Sequence record: SRR22947725_830
Direction: 5' to 3' (one strand)
DNA: 58,360 bases
Made by a program: the position numbers and the translations under genes. The notes below the pieces were generated by a model, which did no database searches, was not told the origin of the DNA, and saw only the letters and a program-made list of their open reading frames with translations. Every line of letters begins with the position of its first letter. The stretch's first letter is position 1. Shown piece after piece: positions 1 through 8,739 of this stretch.

Positions 1-207
1 ATGACCAATTTCTCTAGATATGAATCTATTCGTAAGTTTGTTCTTATTCATGAGGAATGGACAGTTGATGCAGGTGAATTAACACCAAAGATGTCAATTA
101 AGCGTAAAGTGGTTACAACAAAACATAAAGATGAGATTGATGATATGTATGATGCTAAAAAAGCGCTAACAAAATCATCTGATGATATCGATCATTTAGG
201 CGGATAG
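1..207 (+). CDS. Long-chain fatty acid-CoA ligase (AMP-binding), C-terminal fragment truncated by the window edge
   Basis: 'YESIRKFVLIHEEWTVDAGELTPKMSIKRKVV' matches the characteristic ELTPTxKxKR C-terminus of FAA1/FadD15-type ligases. Confidence 0.8.
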   Translation: MTNFSRYESIRKFVLIHEEWTVDAGELTPKMSIKRKVVTTKHKDEIDDMYDAKKALTKSSDDIDHLGG

Positions 208-214
208 TCGTCTT

Positions 215-1135
215 TTGTTCAACAGGTTTTTTCTATCTTTTATAGTTTTATCGATTTTTCTTATCGGTTGGACTTTACCTAGAAATAATAATCCTTATAT
301 CGTTATATTGGGCATAGCTCAAGACGGCGGTGCCCCTCATGCTGCCTGTACAAAAGAATGTTGTATTAACAAATGGGATAATCCAAAACTCCACAATCAA
401 GTATCAAGTATCGGTATTGTTGATCCTTTAACGAATGAGATTTGGATGATTGATGCTACGCCAGACTTCTCTTTACAATTAAATACATTAACAATGGAGC
501 AAAAAGGGGTATTTAAGGGCGTTTTCTTAACCCATGCTCACATTGGTCACTATACAGGTTTAATTCATTTAGGGCGAGAAGTTATGGGTGCAAAAGAGAT
601 TCCAGTATATGCGATGCCAAAAATGGAAAATTTTTTAAGCAATAACGGCCCTTGGAGTCAGCTTGTTGATTTAAATAATATAGATATTAAAAGTCTTAAA
701 AATAATACTACAGTAAAACTAAATAGCAATCTAAGTATTACACCATTTCTTGTTCCTCACCGTGATGAATTCTCTGAAACGGTTGGTTATAAAATTGAAG
801 GTCCAAATAAATCATTAATTTTTATACCTGATATAGATAAATGGGAAAAATGGACTAAAAATATTCAAGAAGTAGTAGAGGAAAATGATTATAGTTTATT
901 GGACGGAACGTTTTTTGATATCAATGAATTACCGGGAAGAGATATGTCAAAAATTCCTCATCCATTTATTGTCGAATCTATGGAAGTATTAAGCGATGTT
1001 GATAGCAAATCTAGCGTGCATTTTATTCATTTAAATCATACAAACCCAGCATTAGATAGTTATTCAACTGCTACTAAAACGATAAAAAATAACGGTTTCA
1101 ATATTGCTAGGAGAAATCAAAAATTTCATCTTTAA
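215..1135 (+). CDS. PqqB-like metallo-beta-lactamase-fold hydrolase with N-terminal hydrophobic segment
   Basis: LGIAQDGGAPH..C..CC, IDATPD, THAHIGHYTG, VPHRDE, DGTF, HLNHTNP motifs; TTG start; no other pqq genes nearby. Confidence 0.8.
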   Translation: MFNRFFLSFIVLSIFLIGWTLPRNNNPYIVILGIAQDGGAPHAACTKECCINKWDNPKLHNQVSSIGIVDPLTNEIWMIDATPDFSLQLNTLTMEQKGVFKGVFLTHAHIGHYTGLIHLGREVMGAKEIPVYAMPKMENFLSNNGPWSQLVDLNNIDIKSLKNNTTVKLNSNLSITPFLVPHRDEFSETVGYKIEGPNKSLIFIPDIDKWEKWTKNIQEVVEENDYSLLDGTFFDINELPGRDMSKIPHPFIVESMEVLSDVDSKSSVHFIHLNHTNPALDSYSTATKTIKNNGFNIARRNQKFHL

Positions 1136-1152
1136 AGTTGTATCTATTTCTA

Positions 1153-1181
1153 TGCAACTTTTATCTAAAATAAATGTCTAA
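1153..1181 (+). promoter_or_regulatory. Putative ECF-sigma promoter (TGCAAC-N16-TGTCTAA)
   Basis: Resembles the AAC...CGT/TCTAA ECF architecture; lies 50 bp upstream of the DUF5916 gene. Confidence 0.4.
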
Positions 1182-1230
1182 ATAGTAGTTCTGTATTAGT
1201 AATATTTTCACTATTATTGTAGGCATTATT

Positions 1231-3456
1231 ATGAAAAAACAATTTATTATTTGCTTCTTATTGACAACTTTATTTAGTCAATCTTTTAAAGATCTTTCCG
1301 AAAGACCGGTATATAAACCCTTTAAGATGAGTTCATCTATTACTTTTGATGGAAAAGTTGATTTGATGGAGTGGAGCAATGCTCAGGTAGCAACTAATTT
1401 TATTGGCTCAGGCACATTTCAAGGCGAAGAAGCTTTATTAAAAACCGAAGCTAGATTGATGTATGATAATACCAATCTCTATATATCATTTAAAGCTTTT
1501 GTCGACAAAGATGAGTTGCGCTACAGTATTACTAAAAGAGATAATCTTGATGATAAAGATGATAGAGTTTGGATTAATATAGATGCCTTTGACGATGAAT
1601 CATTGACTTACGGTATTGGTGTTAGCGCTGGCGGAGCTCAAATAGATGGTAGAGCAACTTATGGATTTGATCAATCATTAGACCTTGTTTACGATACTAA
1701 GGTTCAAATTTTTGATAATAGGTATGAGGTTGAAATGGTTATTCCATTTTCTAGCTTAAGGTATTCTGTAGCTGATGTCCAGACCTGGAGAATTGATTTT
1801 GGAAGAGGTTTTACATTATCTGATGAATTAACAAGGTATGTATACTGGACTTCTAGATTGGGTGGCATAGCATGTCAGACCTGTCAATTAGGCTTTCTTG
1901 AAAATATAGAACCACCAAAACAAGCTAGAGGAGATATTGAATACATTCCATCTGTTGTTGCGGGAGTTTCTGATGATTTTACAACTAATACCTCATCTTC
2001 ATCTGATGAAGTATCATTATTTATGAAGTATCCTATTTCTTCTGTCGATTTACTTGAAATTGCATTAAATCCTGATTTTAGTCAAATAGAGTCAGATGAT
2101 ATAAAAAATGATGTCAATTCGGTTAACGCACTGTATTTTGAAGAAAAAAGACCTTTCTTCAGTCAAGGTGCAGAGCTATTTAAATTTTCACCACAACGAG
2201 GTTTTATAAACCTATTTTATTCAAGAACCATTAATGATCCATCTATTGCAGCAAAATACACTGGAAAAATTGGCAAAACGTCATACGGCGTTATTAGTGC
2301 TCGCGATGAATCATCCTTGCTATTAGTGCCTTTTGAAGAAACTAGCACAGTAGTATCAATGGGAAAAAGTACTTCGAATATTATTCGAGCCAAAAGAATG
2401 ATTGGTGGTAATGGCGGATCGATAGGTGCTATTTTGACCAATAGAGTTTTTGATGATGCTGGAGATATGACAACAGGAGGTTTAGACGTTCATTATCATC
2501 CTGGAAATAATTACCATATAACTTTACATGCAACAGCATCAATTCATAATGAATCTGATAATTTTGAATATACATATGAGCCTACTACAGATGATAGTGA
2601 TATGACATTTGACAGTGGAAGATATACTAAGAATTTTGATGGAGAAAAAGTTACTGGGAATGCACTTGGCTTAAGTGTTAATAAAAGAACAAGAACTGAT
2701 AATTTTGGGGTTGTTCTCAGGTTGCGCTCTCCAGGCTTTAGAACAAGTAATGGTTTTGAAACAAACAATGCTACTAAATGGTTAAAAGCTAGTCGTGGAA
2801 AAACCGTTTATTATGACACTAATCCCATTTTACTTAAAACAGATTATGACATTTCAGCTATTTATAAAACGAATTACTCAGGGCTTATTAAAAAACAAGA
2901 ATTATCATTCGCAACTGGTTCAGATTTAAGAAATGGAGATTCTTTTAAAGTTAGCGCAGAGTTTGAAAAAGAAAATTTTAGAGGATATCAATTTGATAAT
3001 CTTTATGAGTTTGAGGTTGGTTATCGAAACCAAATCAATGCAAAGCTTATGCACTATAGTGAATTGCAATCCAGGGAAATTATTATTAGAAACATAGATT
3101 TACCTAAAAATTCAAATTTTTATCAGGTTAAAAGTTATGTTGAATACAAAATATCAGATAAATCTAATTTTAGTATCGGTATTTCATATGAAAAGGCTGA
3201 GGACAATTATGATGGAATTTTACTAAGAGCTGGTATAAATAATTCATTTAATTCAAAGTTAACTATGAGAACAAAAATTCAATACAATGACTTTTCTAAT
3301 TCTTGGTTTATTGAGCCAATGATAACCTATCAGCCAAATGCTTTTAGTGCCCTATATTTTGGAGTCAATGATTTGTTAGAAACGGAAGATAGTATGTTTT
3401 CAAGTTTAACTGAAAGCAAAAGACAATTATTTATTAAATTTCAATACTTATTTTAG
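1231..3456 (+). CDS. Secreted/outer-membrane protein: CBM9-like N-terminal domain plus DUF5916
   Basis: Signal peptide; 'DGKVD..EW..A', 'TEARLMYD..NLY', 'EMVIPFSSLRY', 'NPDFSQIESD', 'FEEKRPFF', 'FYSRTI'; beta-barrel-like C-terminus ending FIKFQYLF. Confidence 0.8.
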   Translation: MKKQFIICFLLTTLFSQSFKDLSERPVYKPFKMSSSITFDGKVDLMEWSNAQVATNFIGSGTFQGEEALLKTEARLMYDNTNLYISFKAFVDKDELRYSITKRDNLDDKDDRVWINIDAFDDESLTYGIGVSAGGAQIDGRATYGFDQSLDLVYDTKVQIFDNRYEVEMVIPFSSLRYSVADVQTWRIDFGRGFTLSDELTRYVYWTSRLGGIACQTCQLGFLENIEPPKQARGDIEYIPSVVAGVSDDFTTNTSSSSDEVSLFMKYPISSVDLLEIALNPDFSQIESDDIKNDVNSVNALYFEEKRPFFSQGAELFKFSPQRGFINLFYSRTINDPSIAAKYTGKIGKTSYGVISARDESSLLLVPFEETSTVVSMGKSTSNIIRAKRMIGGNGGSIGAILTNRVFDDAGDMTTGGLDVHYHPGNNYHITLHATASIHNESDNFEYTYEPTTDDSDMTFDSGRYTKNFDGEKVTGNALGLSVNKRTRTDNFGVVLRLRSPGFRTSNGFETNNATKWLKASRGKTVYYDTNPILLKTDYDISAIYKTNYSGLIKKQELSFATGSDLRNGDSFKVSAEFEKENFRGYQFDNLYEFEVGYRNQINAKLMHYSELQSREIIIRNIDLPKNSNFYQVKSYVEYKISDKSNFSIGISYEKAEDNYDGILLRAGINNSFNSKLTMRTKIQYNDFSNSWFIEPMITYQPNAFSALYFGVNDLLETEDSMFSSLTESKRQLFIKFQYLF

Positions 3457-3605
3457 GAGATTAAACATGAAGAAGATTATTTTAATATTACTTTCACTAG
3501 TTATTAATGGGTGTGTATCCCTTTCATTATTTTAGGATGATAAAAGTAAATAGAATTATACTAGTAGCAGCATTATTATTTATGAATGGCTGTGTATCCC
3601 TTTCA
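3448..3605 (+). repeat. Diverged 79-bp tandem duplication (RBS plus lipoprotein signal peptide)
   Basis: TTATTTTAGGA at 3448 and 3527, and AATGG(G/C)TGTGTATCCCTTTCA at 3506 and 3585; both pairs are exactly 79 bp apart. Confidence 0.85.
3467..3535 (+). CDS. 22-aa mini-ORF MKKIILILLSLVINGCVSLSLF (lipoprotein signal peptide only; micro-lipoprotein or gene remnant)
   Basis: Read by hand; AGGAGA Shine-Dalgarno 6 nt upstream of ATG 3467; lipobox-like INGC; absent from the ORF track. Confidence 0.5.
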   Translation: MKKIILILLSLVINGCVSLSLF

Positions 3606-4007
3606 GTTGGAGAGAAGCTATCGGAGCGTATTAATAATAAGCCTGATAAAGTCAGTAAATCTGATATGAGCATATATGCATCGGATGCCTCAACGATGAT
3701 GGCTATTAATCATATCTTGCCCGCAAAGATGGGTCAATTCGAAATGATGAACAAAACAATTATTTTTCCAGCCTTTAAACGAAACGATATAGATGTATAT
3801 AATAGTTTGCAATTTTTAACACCAGAAGGAGAGAATGAAGATGGTACATATACTTTCGTTTATGTAGCTAATCCATACCTTCAAGATAAGAATTATGACA
3901 TTTTAGACATCCTTATAGCAGAATATGGAAGATCGAGAGCTGAAGAGTATTTTGATATCTGGTTAAGTTGCTTTGCTTACGAACAAGAAGTAATGTCCTT
4001 TAGGTGA
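3537..4007 (+). CDS. Hypothetical lipoprotein
   Basis: Start moved to ATG 3537 (MIKVNRIILVAALLFMNGC = signal peptide plus lipobox). Confidence 0.65.
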   Translation: MIKVNRIILVAALLFMNGCVSLSVGEKLSERINNKPDKVSKSDMSIYASDASTMMAINHILPAKMGQFEMMNKTIIFPAFKRNDIDVYNSLQFLTPEGENEDGTYTFVYVANPYLQDKNYDILDILIAEYGRSRAEEYFDIWLSCFAYEQEVMSFR

Positions 4008-4065
4008 TAAAGTATACTATAATAAATCATACCTTTTTGAACTATTCTATATTAAATTTTCTTCG

Positions 4066-4737
4066 ATGAAAACATTGAAAACTTTTTTTACCATATTTCT
4101 TGGCATGCAGCTACTTATTGGTCAAAATGTTGAAATTGAGCCAGACTCTCACACTCCTGGTAGTGATAATTATTCAGAGAGAAGTAGGGCTATGCTTAAA
4201 TCTGAATCCTTAGTGAACATTTATTCTAATATAGCCGTTGCAGATGTATATGTATGGAATTTACCTTGGGCATCTTCAGAAAGAATTTTTCCAGCACAAA
4301 TCGCTTTACCTACAGACAATCAACGCTACGTAATAAGTTTATATTCTCAAGCTGAGTATCAGGCAATAACAATAGACCTTCAAAATTTTGATTTTGATTA
4401 TAGAGATGTTGAAGAGTTTGAATTGCTCCAGGATGAATTATCAAGAATGGAACTCGCAACAAAATTGGTCCGTCCAATACCAGGGACTGACTCATCTATA
4501 TTTTTAACGCATTGCTCAAGCGATGATTTAGATTGTGAGCAAGGAATGAATTGGTTAGATCAGTTTTATGCACAATATTATGATTCAAAACAGGAACAAA
4601 ATCTTGCTTCAGATTTAAATGGAGAAGATTTGACGGAAGATGAAAAATTATTAGTTAGACGTCATCGTATGGGCGTATTTAGTATGATTGGTTTATTTTC
4701 AATGGCAGTGTTCATGATAGATAGCAATATTCAGTGA
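4066..4737 (+). CDS. Hypothetical exported protein with C-terminal membrane anchor
   Basis: N-terminal signal peptide, acidic body, hydrophobic C-terminal GVFSMIGLFSMAVFMI; GTGA overlap with thrS. Confidence 0.6.
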   Translation: MKTLKTFFTIFLGMQLLIGQNVEIEPDSHTPGSDNYSERSRAMLKSESLVNIYSNIAVADVYVWNLPWASSERIFPAQIALPTDNQRYVISLYSQAEYQAITIDLQNFDFDYRDVEEFELLQDELSRMELATKLVRPIPGTDSSIFLTHCSSDDLDCEQGMNWLDQFYAQYYDSKQEQNLASDLNGEDLTEDEKLLVRRHRMGVFSMIGLFSMAVFMIDSNIQ

Positions 4738-6674
4738 CAAATATCTCTATTAACATTGTTGGTCTAGGTACAGAAACTTATCCAAGCGGAACAACACCGC
4801 TACAAATACTTTCTTCTGCTAAAGGCGTATCAAAAGAAACAATAATCTGCAAAGTAGATAAAGTTCTTACGGACTTAAGCGTACAATTAAACAGTGACTG
4901 TACAGTTCAATTTCTTGATGGTAAAAGCAAGGATGGACACAATGTATTGTTACACAGTACCGCTCACTTAATGGCTCAAGCAGTGAAAAGACTTTATCCT
5001 AAAACAAAGGTAACTATTGGACCTTTTTTAGAAAATAGATTCTACTATGATTTTGACGTAGAAACTCCTTTCACCGAACAAGACTTACTAAAGATTGAAG
5101 AAGAGATGTTAAAAATATCTAATGAAAACATTGATATTATTCACGAAGAAAAGACTAGAGAAGAAGCATTAAGTTTTTTTAAGAATATTGGAGAACATTA
5201 TAAAATAGAAATTATTAATGACCTAGATGATTCTGAAATTTTGAAAGTGTATTCTCAGGGAGATTTCACTGATTTATGCAGAGGTCCTCATGTCCAATCT
5301 ACTGGCATGATGCAGCATTTTAAACTATTGTCATCTTCTGCGGCTTACTGGAGAGGGGATGAAAATAATCAAACATTACAGCGCGTATATGGCACGTCTT
5401 TTACTAGCGCAAAAGATTTAAAAAAATACTTACTTATGCTAGAAGAACAAAAGAAAAGAGACCATCGTAAAATTGGAAAAGAATTAGATTTATATTTTCA
5501 TGATGAAGAAGTAGGTCCTGGCTTGCCTTTATGGACCCCAAATGGTGCAGTTATCATTGATCAATTAGAAGCTCTTGCAAAAGAAAAAGAAGATTTAGGT
5601 GGTTACAAAAGAGTTAGAACGCCACATCTTACTAAAGGAACTCTATATGAAAAATCTGGACACTTAGATCATTATATGTCAAGCATGTATCCAGCTATGG
5701 ATGTAGATGGTACGGATTACTATATGAAACCAATGAACTGTCCTCATCATCATAAAATATATGCAAATAGTCCTAAAAGTTATCGTGATTTACCATATCG
5801 TCTTTCAGAGTATGGAACTTGTTATCGATATGAAAAATCGGGGGAGTTATTTGGTTTAATGCGTGTGAGAAGTATGCAAATGAATGACGCTCACATCTAT
5901 TGTACTGAAGATCAATTTAAAGAAGAGTTCATTGCGGTGTGCAACTTGTATATGGAATATTTTAAAATATTTGGTATAGAAAAATATGAAATGAGATTAA
6001 GTCTACACGACCCTAAAGATTTAGGAAAAAAGTACATTAATAATCCAAAACTTTGGAAAAAGACAGAGGACGATGTAAGAGATGCTTTGATGGATGCTGG
6101 ATTAAAGTTTACTGAATCTGTAGGCGATGCCGCATTTTATGGTCCAAAGATTGATGTTCAAGTTTGGAGTGCAATAGGTAAAGAGTTCAGTCTAGCCACT
6201 AATCAAGTAGATTTTGCGGTTCCTGAGCGTTTTAAGCTTACATATAAAGATTTAGACGGTAAGTCAAAAACTCCATTATGTATACATAGAGCTCCACTAG
6301 GAACGCATGAAAGATTTATTGGATTCCTTATCGAGCATTTTGGTGGAAATTTTCCATTATGGATTGCGCCTAGACAAGTAACTATCCTTCCCGTATCTGA
6401 TAAGTACAATGACTATGCACATACCGTATGTGAGTCATTAAAAACAAGCGGAGTTAGAGCTGATGTTGATAGTCGCTCAGAAAAAATTGGTTCAAAAATT
6501 AGAGATGCAGAGATGCAAAAAGTAAATATCATGGTAATTGTTGGAGAAAAAGAAGTAGAAAACAGTACTCTTACCATAAGAAGAAGATTTATTAAACAAC
6601 AACAAACTATTTCATTGAAAGATTTCTCTGCAGAAATTTTAGATGAAATAAATGACAGGAGAGTTCCGAATTAA
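4734..6674 (+). CDS. thrS: Threonine-tRNA ligase
   Basis: TGS domain, HSTAHLMAQAV, DLCRGPH, RDHRKIG, KPMNCP, AFYGPKID, IHRA motifs. Confidence 0.99.
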   Translation: MTNISINIVGLGTETYPSGTTPLQILSSAKGVSKETIICKVDKVLTDLSVQLNSDCTVQFLDGKSKDGHNVLLHSTAHLMAQAVKRLYPKTKVTIGPFLENRFYYDFDVETPFTEQDLLKIEEEMLKISNENIDIIHEEKTREEALSFFKNIGEHYKIEIINDLDDSEILKVYSQGDFTDLCRGPHVQSTGMMQHFKLLSSSAAYWRGDENNQTLQRVYGTSFTSAKDLKKYLLMLEEQKKRDHRKIGKELDLYFHDEEVGPGLPLWTPNGAVIIDQLEALAKEKEDLGGYKRVRTPHLTKGTLYEKSGHLDHYMSSMYPAMDVDGTDYYMKPMNCPHHHKIYANSPKSYRDLPYRLSEYGTCYRYEKSGELFGLMRVRSMQMNDAHIYCTEDQFKEEFIAVCNLYMEYFKIFGIEKYEMRLSLHDPKDLGKKYINNPKLWKKTEDDVRDALMDAGLKFTESVGDAAFYGPKIDVQVWSAIGKEFSLATNQVDFAVPERFKLTYKDLDGKSKTPLCIHRAPLGTHERFIGFLIEHFGGNFPLWIAPRQVTILPVSDKYNDYAHTVCESLKTSGVRADVDSRSEKIGSKIRDAEMQKVNIMVIVGEKEVENSTLTIRRRFIKQQQTISLKDFSAEILDEINDRRVPN

Positions 6675-7179
6675 AAAACAAAGAATAAGAGTAAATAACC
6701 GAATTTATGCAGATAAAGTAAGACTTATAGGGCATGATAAAGAACAAATAGGTGTAGTAACAGTTCCAGAGGCCTTAAATAGAGCGGAAGATGTAGGTCT
6801 TGATTTAGTTGAGATATCACCAAATGCAAAGCCGCCAGTATGTAAAATTATGGACTTCGGCAAATTTAAATACGAAGAAAAGAAAAAGGCTCAACAGAGT
6901 AGAAAAAACCACCAAGTTATAAAAGTTAAAGAACTGAGAATGAGACCAAACATTGGAGATCATGATTTAGAAAATAAATTAAAGATGGGTAAAAAGTTTT
7001 TAGAAGCTGGTTATAAATTAAAAATTACTTTAATGTATAGAGGAAGAGAAATGTCGCGTCAAGATTTAGGCCAAGATTTATTAACGCGTGTTTTGTCGTC
7101 ATTAAGTGAGCATGCACAAATGGAAAAAGATTCTCCTTTGATGGGACGAAAGAAATCTATAATATTAGCCCCGAAATAG
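6670..7179 (+). CDS. infC: Translation initiation factor IF-3 (probable ATT start at 6670)
   Basis: RVNNRI..VRLI, DLVEISPNAKPPVCKIMDFGKFKYE; AGGAG at 6657-6661 is 8 nt upstream of an in-frame ATT. Confidence 0.97.
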   Translation: MKKQRIRVNNRIYADKVRLIGHDKEQIGVVTVPEALNRAEDVGLDLVEISPNAKPPVCKIMDFGKFKYEEKKKAQQSRKNHQVIKVKELRMRPNIGDHDLENKLKMGKKFLEAGYKLKITLMYRGREMSRQDLGQDLLTRVLSSLSEHAQMEKDSPLMGRKKSIILAPK

Positions 7180-7187
7180 GAAATATT

Positions 7188-7385
7188 ATGCCAAAGATGA
7201 AAACAAGAAAAAGTGTGTCAAAAAGATTTAAGGTTACTGCCTCAGGTAAACTGAAACGTAACAAGGCTGGTCATTCACATATGTTAATACGTAGAGATAG
7301 AGATCAGAAGCGTTCAGCTAAAAAAGCCACAGTAGTAGCACCTTCTTTTGAGAAGCGCATGAAAAAAATGATGGGGAAAGTATAA
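7188..7385 (+). CDS. rpmI: 50S ribosomal protein L35
   Basis: MPKMKTRKSVSKRFKVTASGK; synteny infC-rpmI-rplT. Confidence 0.98.
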   Translation: MPKMKTRKSVSKRFKVTASGKLKRNKAGHSHMLIRRDRDQKRSAKKATVVAPSFEKRMKKMMGKV

Positions 7386-7388
7386 GTT

Positions 7389-7739
7389 ATGCCAAGGTCC
7401 AATAGTTCAGTACCAAGACATAGAAGACATCGCAAGACTGTTAAGTTAGCGAAAGGATATTTCGGAGCAAGAAGCCGTAATTATAAAGCTGCAAAAGATG
7501 CAGTGGTAAAAGCTGGTTTATATGCTTACAGAGATAGAAGGCAGAAAAAACGTCAATTTAGACGTCTATGGATAGTACGTATTAATGCCGCATCAAGATT
7601 AAATGGTTTATCATATTCAAATTTTGTACATTTATTGAAGGAGAAGGGTGTCGATTTAGACAGAAAGGTTTTAGCTCATTTAGCAGTTAATAATCCATCT
7701 GTGTTTGAAGACCTTGTAAAATATTTAAAGAAAAAATAA
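7389..7739 (+). CDS. rplT: 50S ribosomal protein L20
   Basis: [40 protein letters not shown]. Confidence 0.99.
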   Translation: MPRSNSSVPRHRRHRKTVKLAKGYFGARSRNYKAAKDAVVKAGLYAYRDRRQKKRQFRRLWIVRINAASRLNGLSYSNFVHLLKEKGVDLDRKVLAHLAVNNPSVFEDLVKYLKKK

Positions 7740-7749
7740 AAAATTAAAG

Positions 7750-8739
7750 ATGTCATTAGATAACACTATCAAAGAAATTAAGGCATCTTTCCAATCAGAA
7801 TTATCCAACTGCAACACATCTACTGACCTCGAAAATATCCGTATTACTTATCTTGGAAGAAAGGGTAAGCTTACTACCTTATTTGAAGAGTTCACAAAAC
7901 TTCCCGGTTCTGAAAAACCTAAATACGGAAAAACGCTTAACATATTAAAGACCGACCTTACAAGTGCATTTGATAAAAAATTAAAAGAAATAAATCCTAA
8001 TAGTCATAAATCAAATGATAGTTCAGAAGATTTTTCACTACCCGGGTATAACCTACCCGAGGGTAGCTTGCATCCATTGGAACAAGTTACTAGTGAAATA
8101 AAGGCAATATTTCAATCTATTGGTTTTTCGGTAGCCTATGGACCTGAAATTGATGATGATTATCATAATTTTGAAGCATTAAACGTACCGAAGCATCACC
8201 CTGCTAGAGACATGCAGGATACATTCTTTGTTGACCCTAATACAGTTTTAAGAACTCACACTTCAAATGTTCAAATTCACTTGATGGAAAATCAAGATCC
8301 ACCACTACGTCATATTTGCTGTGGTAGAGTATTTAGAAACGAAGCAGTAAGTTATAAGAGTTTTTGCTTATTCAATCAGGTAGAGGGGTTGGTAATTAAT
8401 GAAACTTCTTCATTCGCTGAAATGAAAGGAACATTAGAGTATTTTGTAAAAGAAATGTTTGGTGAGGGTACTAAGATGCGTTTTAGACCAAGTTACTTTC
8501 CATTTACCGAACCAAGCGCGGAAGTAGACATATGGAATGATAAACTTAATCAGTGGATGGAAATTTTAGGATGTGGTATGGTAAATCCAAATGTCCTTAC
8601 AAATGTAGGTTATGATAATAAAAAATATCAAGGATTTGCTTTTGGAATGGGTATAGAGCGAATCGCTATGATTAAATATGGAATTAAAGATATTCGTCTT
8701 TTCTATCAGAACGATAAACGATTTTTGGAGCAATTTTAA
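7750..8739 (+). CDS. pheS: Phenylalanine-tRNA ligase alpha subunit
   Basis: GSLHP, NFEALNVPKHHPARDMQDTF, LRTHTS, FRPSYFPFTEPSAE, GFAFGMGIER. Confidence 0.99.
   Translation: MSLDNTIKEIKASFQSELSNCNTSTDLENIRITYLGRKGKLTTLFEEFTKLPGSEKPKYGKTLNILKTDLTSAFDKKLKEINPNSHKSNDSSEDFSLPGYNLPEGSLHPLEQVTSEIKAIFQSIGFSVAYGPEIDDDYHNFEALNVPKHHPARDMQDTFFVDPNTVLRTHTSNVQIHLMENQDPPLRHICCGRVFRNEAVSYKSFCLFNQVEGLVINETSSFAEMKGTLEYFVKEMFGEGTKMRFRPSYFPFTEPSAEVDIWNDKLNQWMEILGCGMVNPNVLTNVGYDNKKYQGFAFGMGIERIAMIKYGIKDIRLFYQNDKRFLEQF

Noticed and set aside
215-1135. PQQ biosynthesis cluster
   Set aside because: The PqqB-like MBL protein is alone; no pqqA/C/D/E nearby, so no pqqB symbol was assigned.
3507-3536. ORF-track start at 3507 for the lipoprotein
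   Set aside because: This ATG falls inside the duplicated unit and adds MGVYPFHYFR ahead of a clean signal peptide; 3537 is more plausible.
3537-4737. Possible distant paralogy between the two hypothetical proteins upstream of thrS
   Set aside because: Only a faint pattern similarity by eye; cannot be supported without profile or structure comparison.
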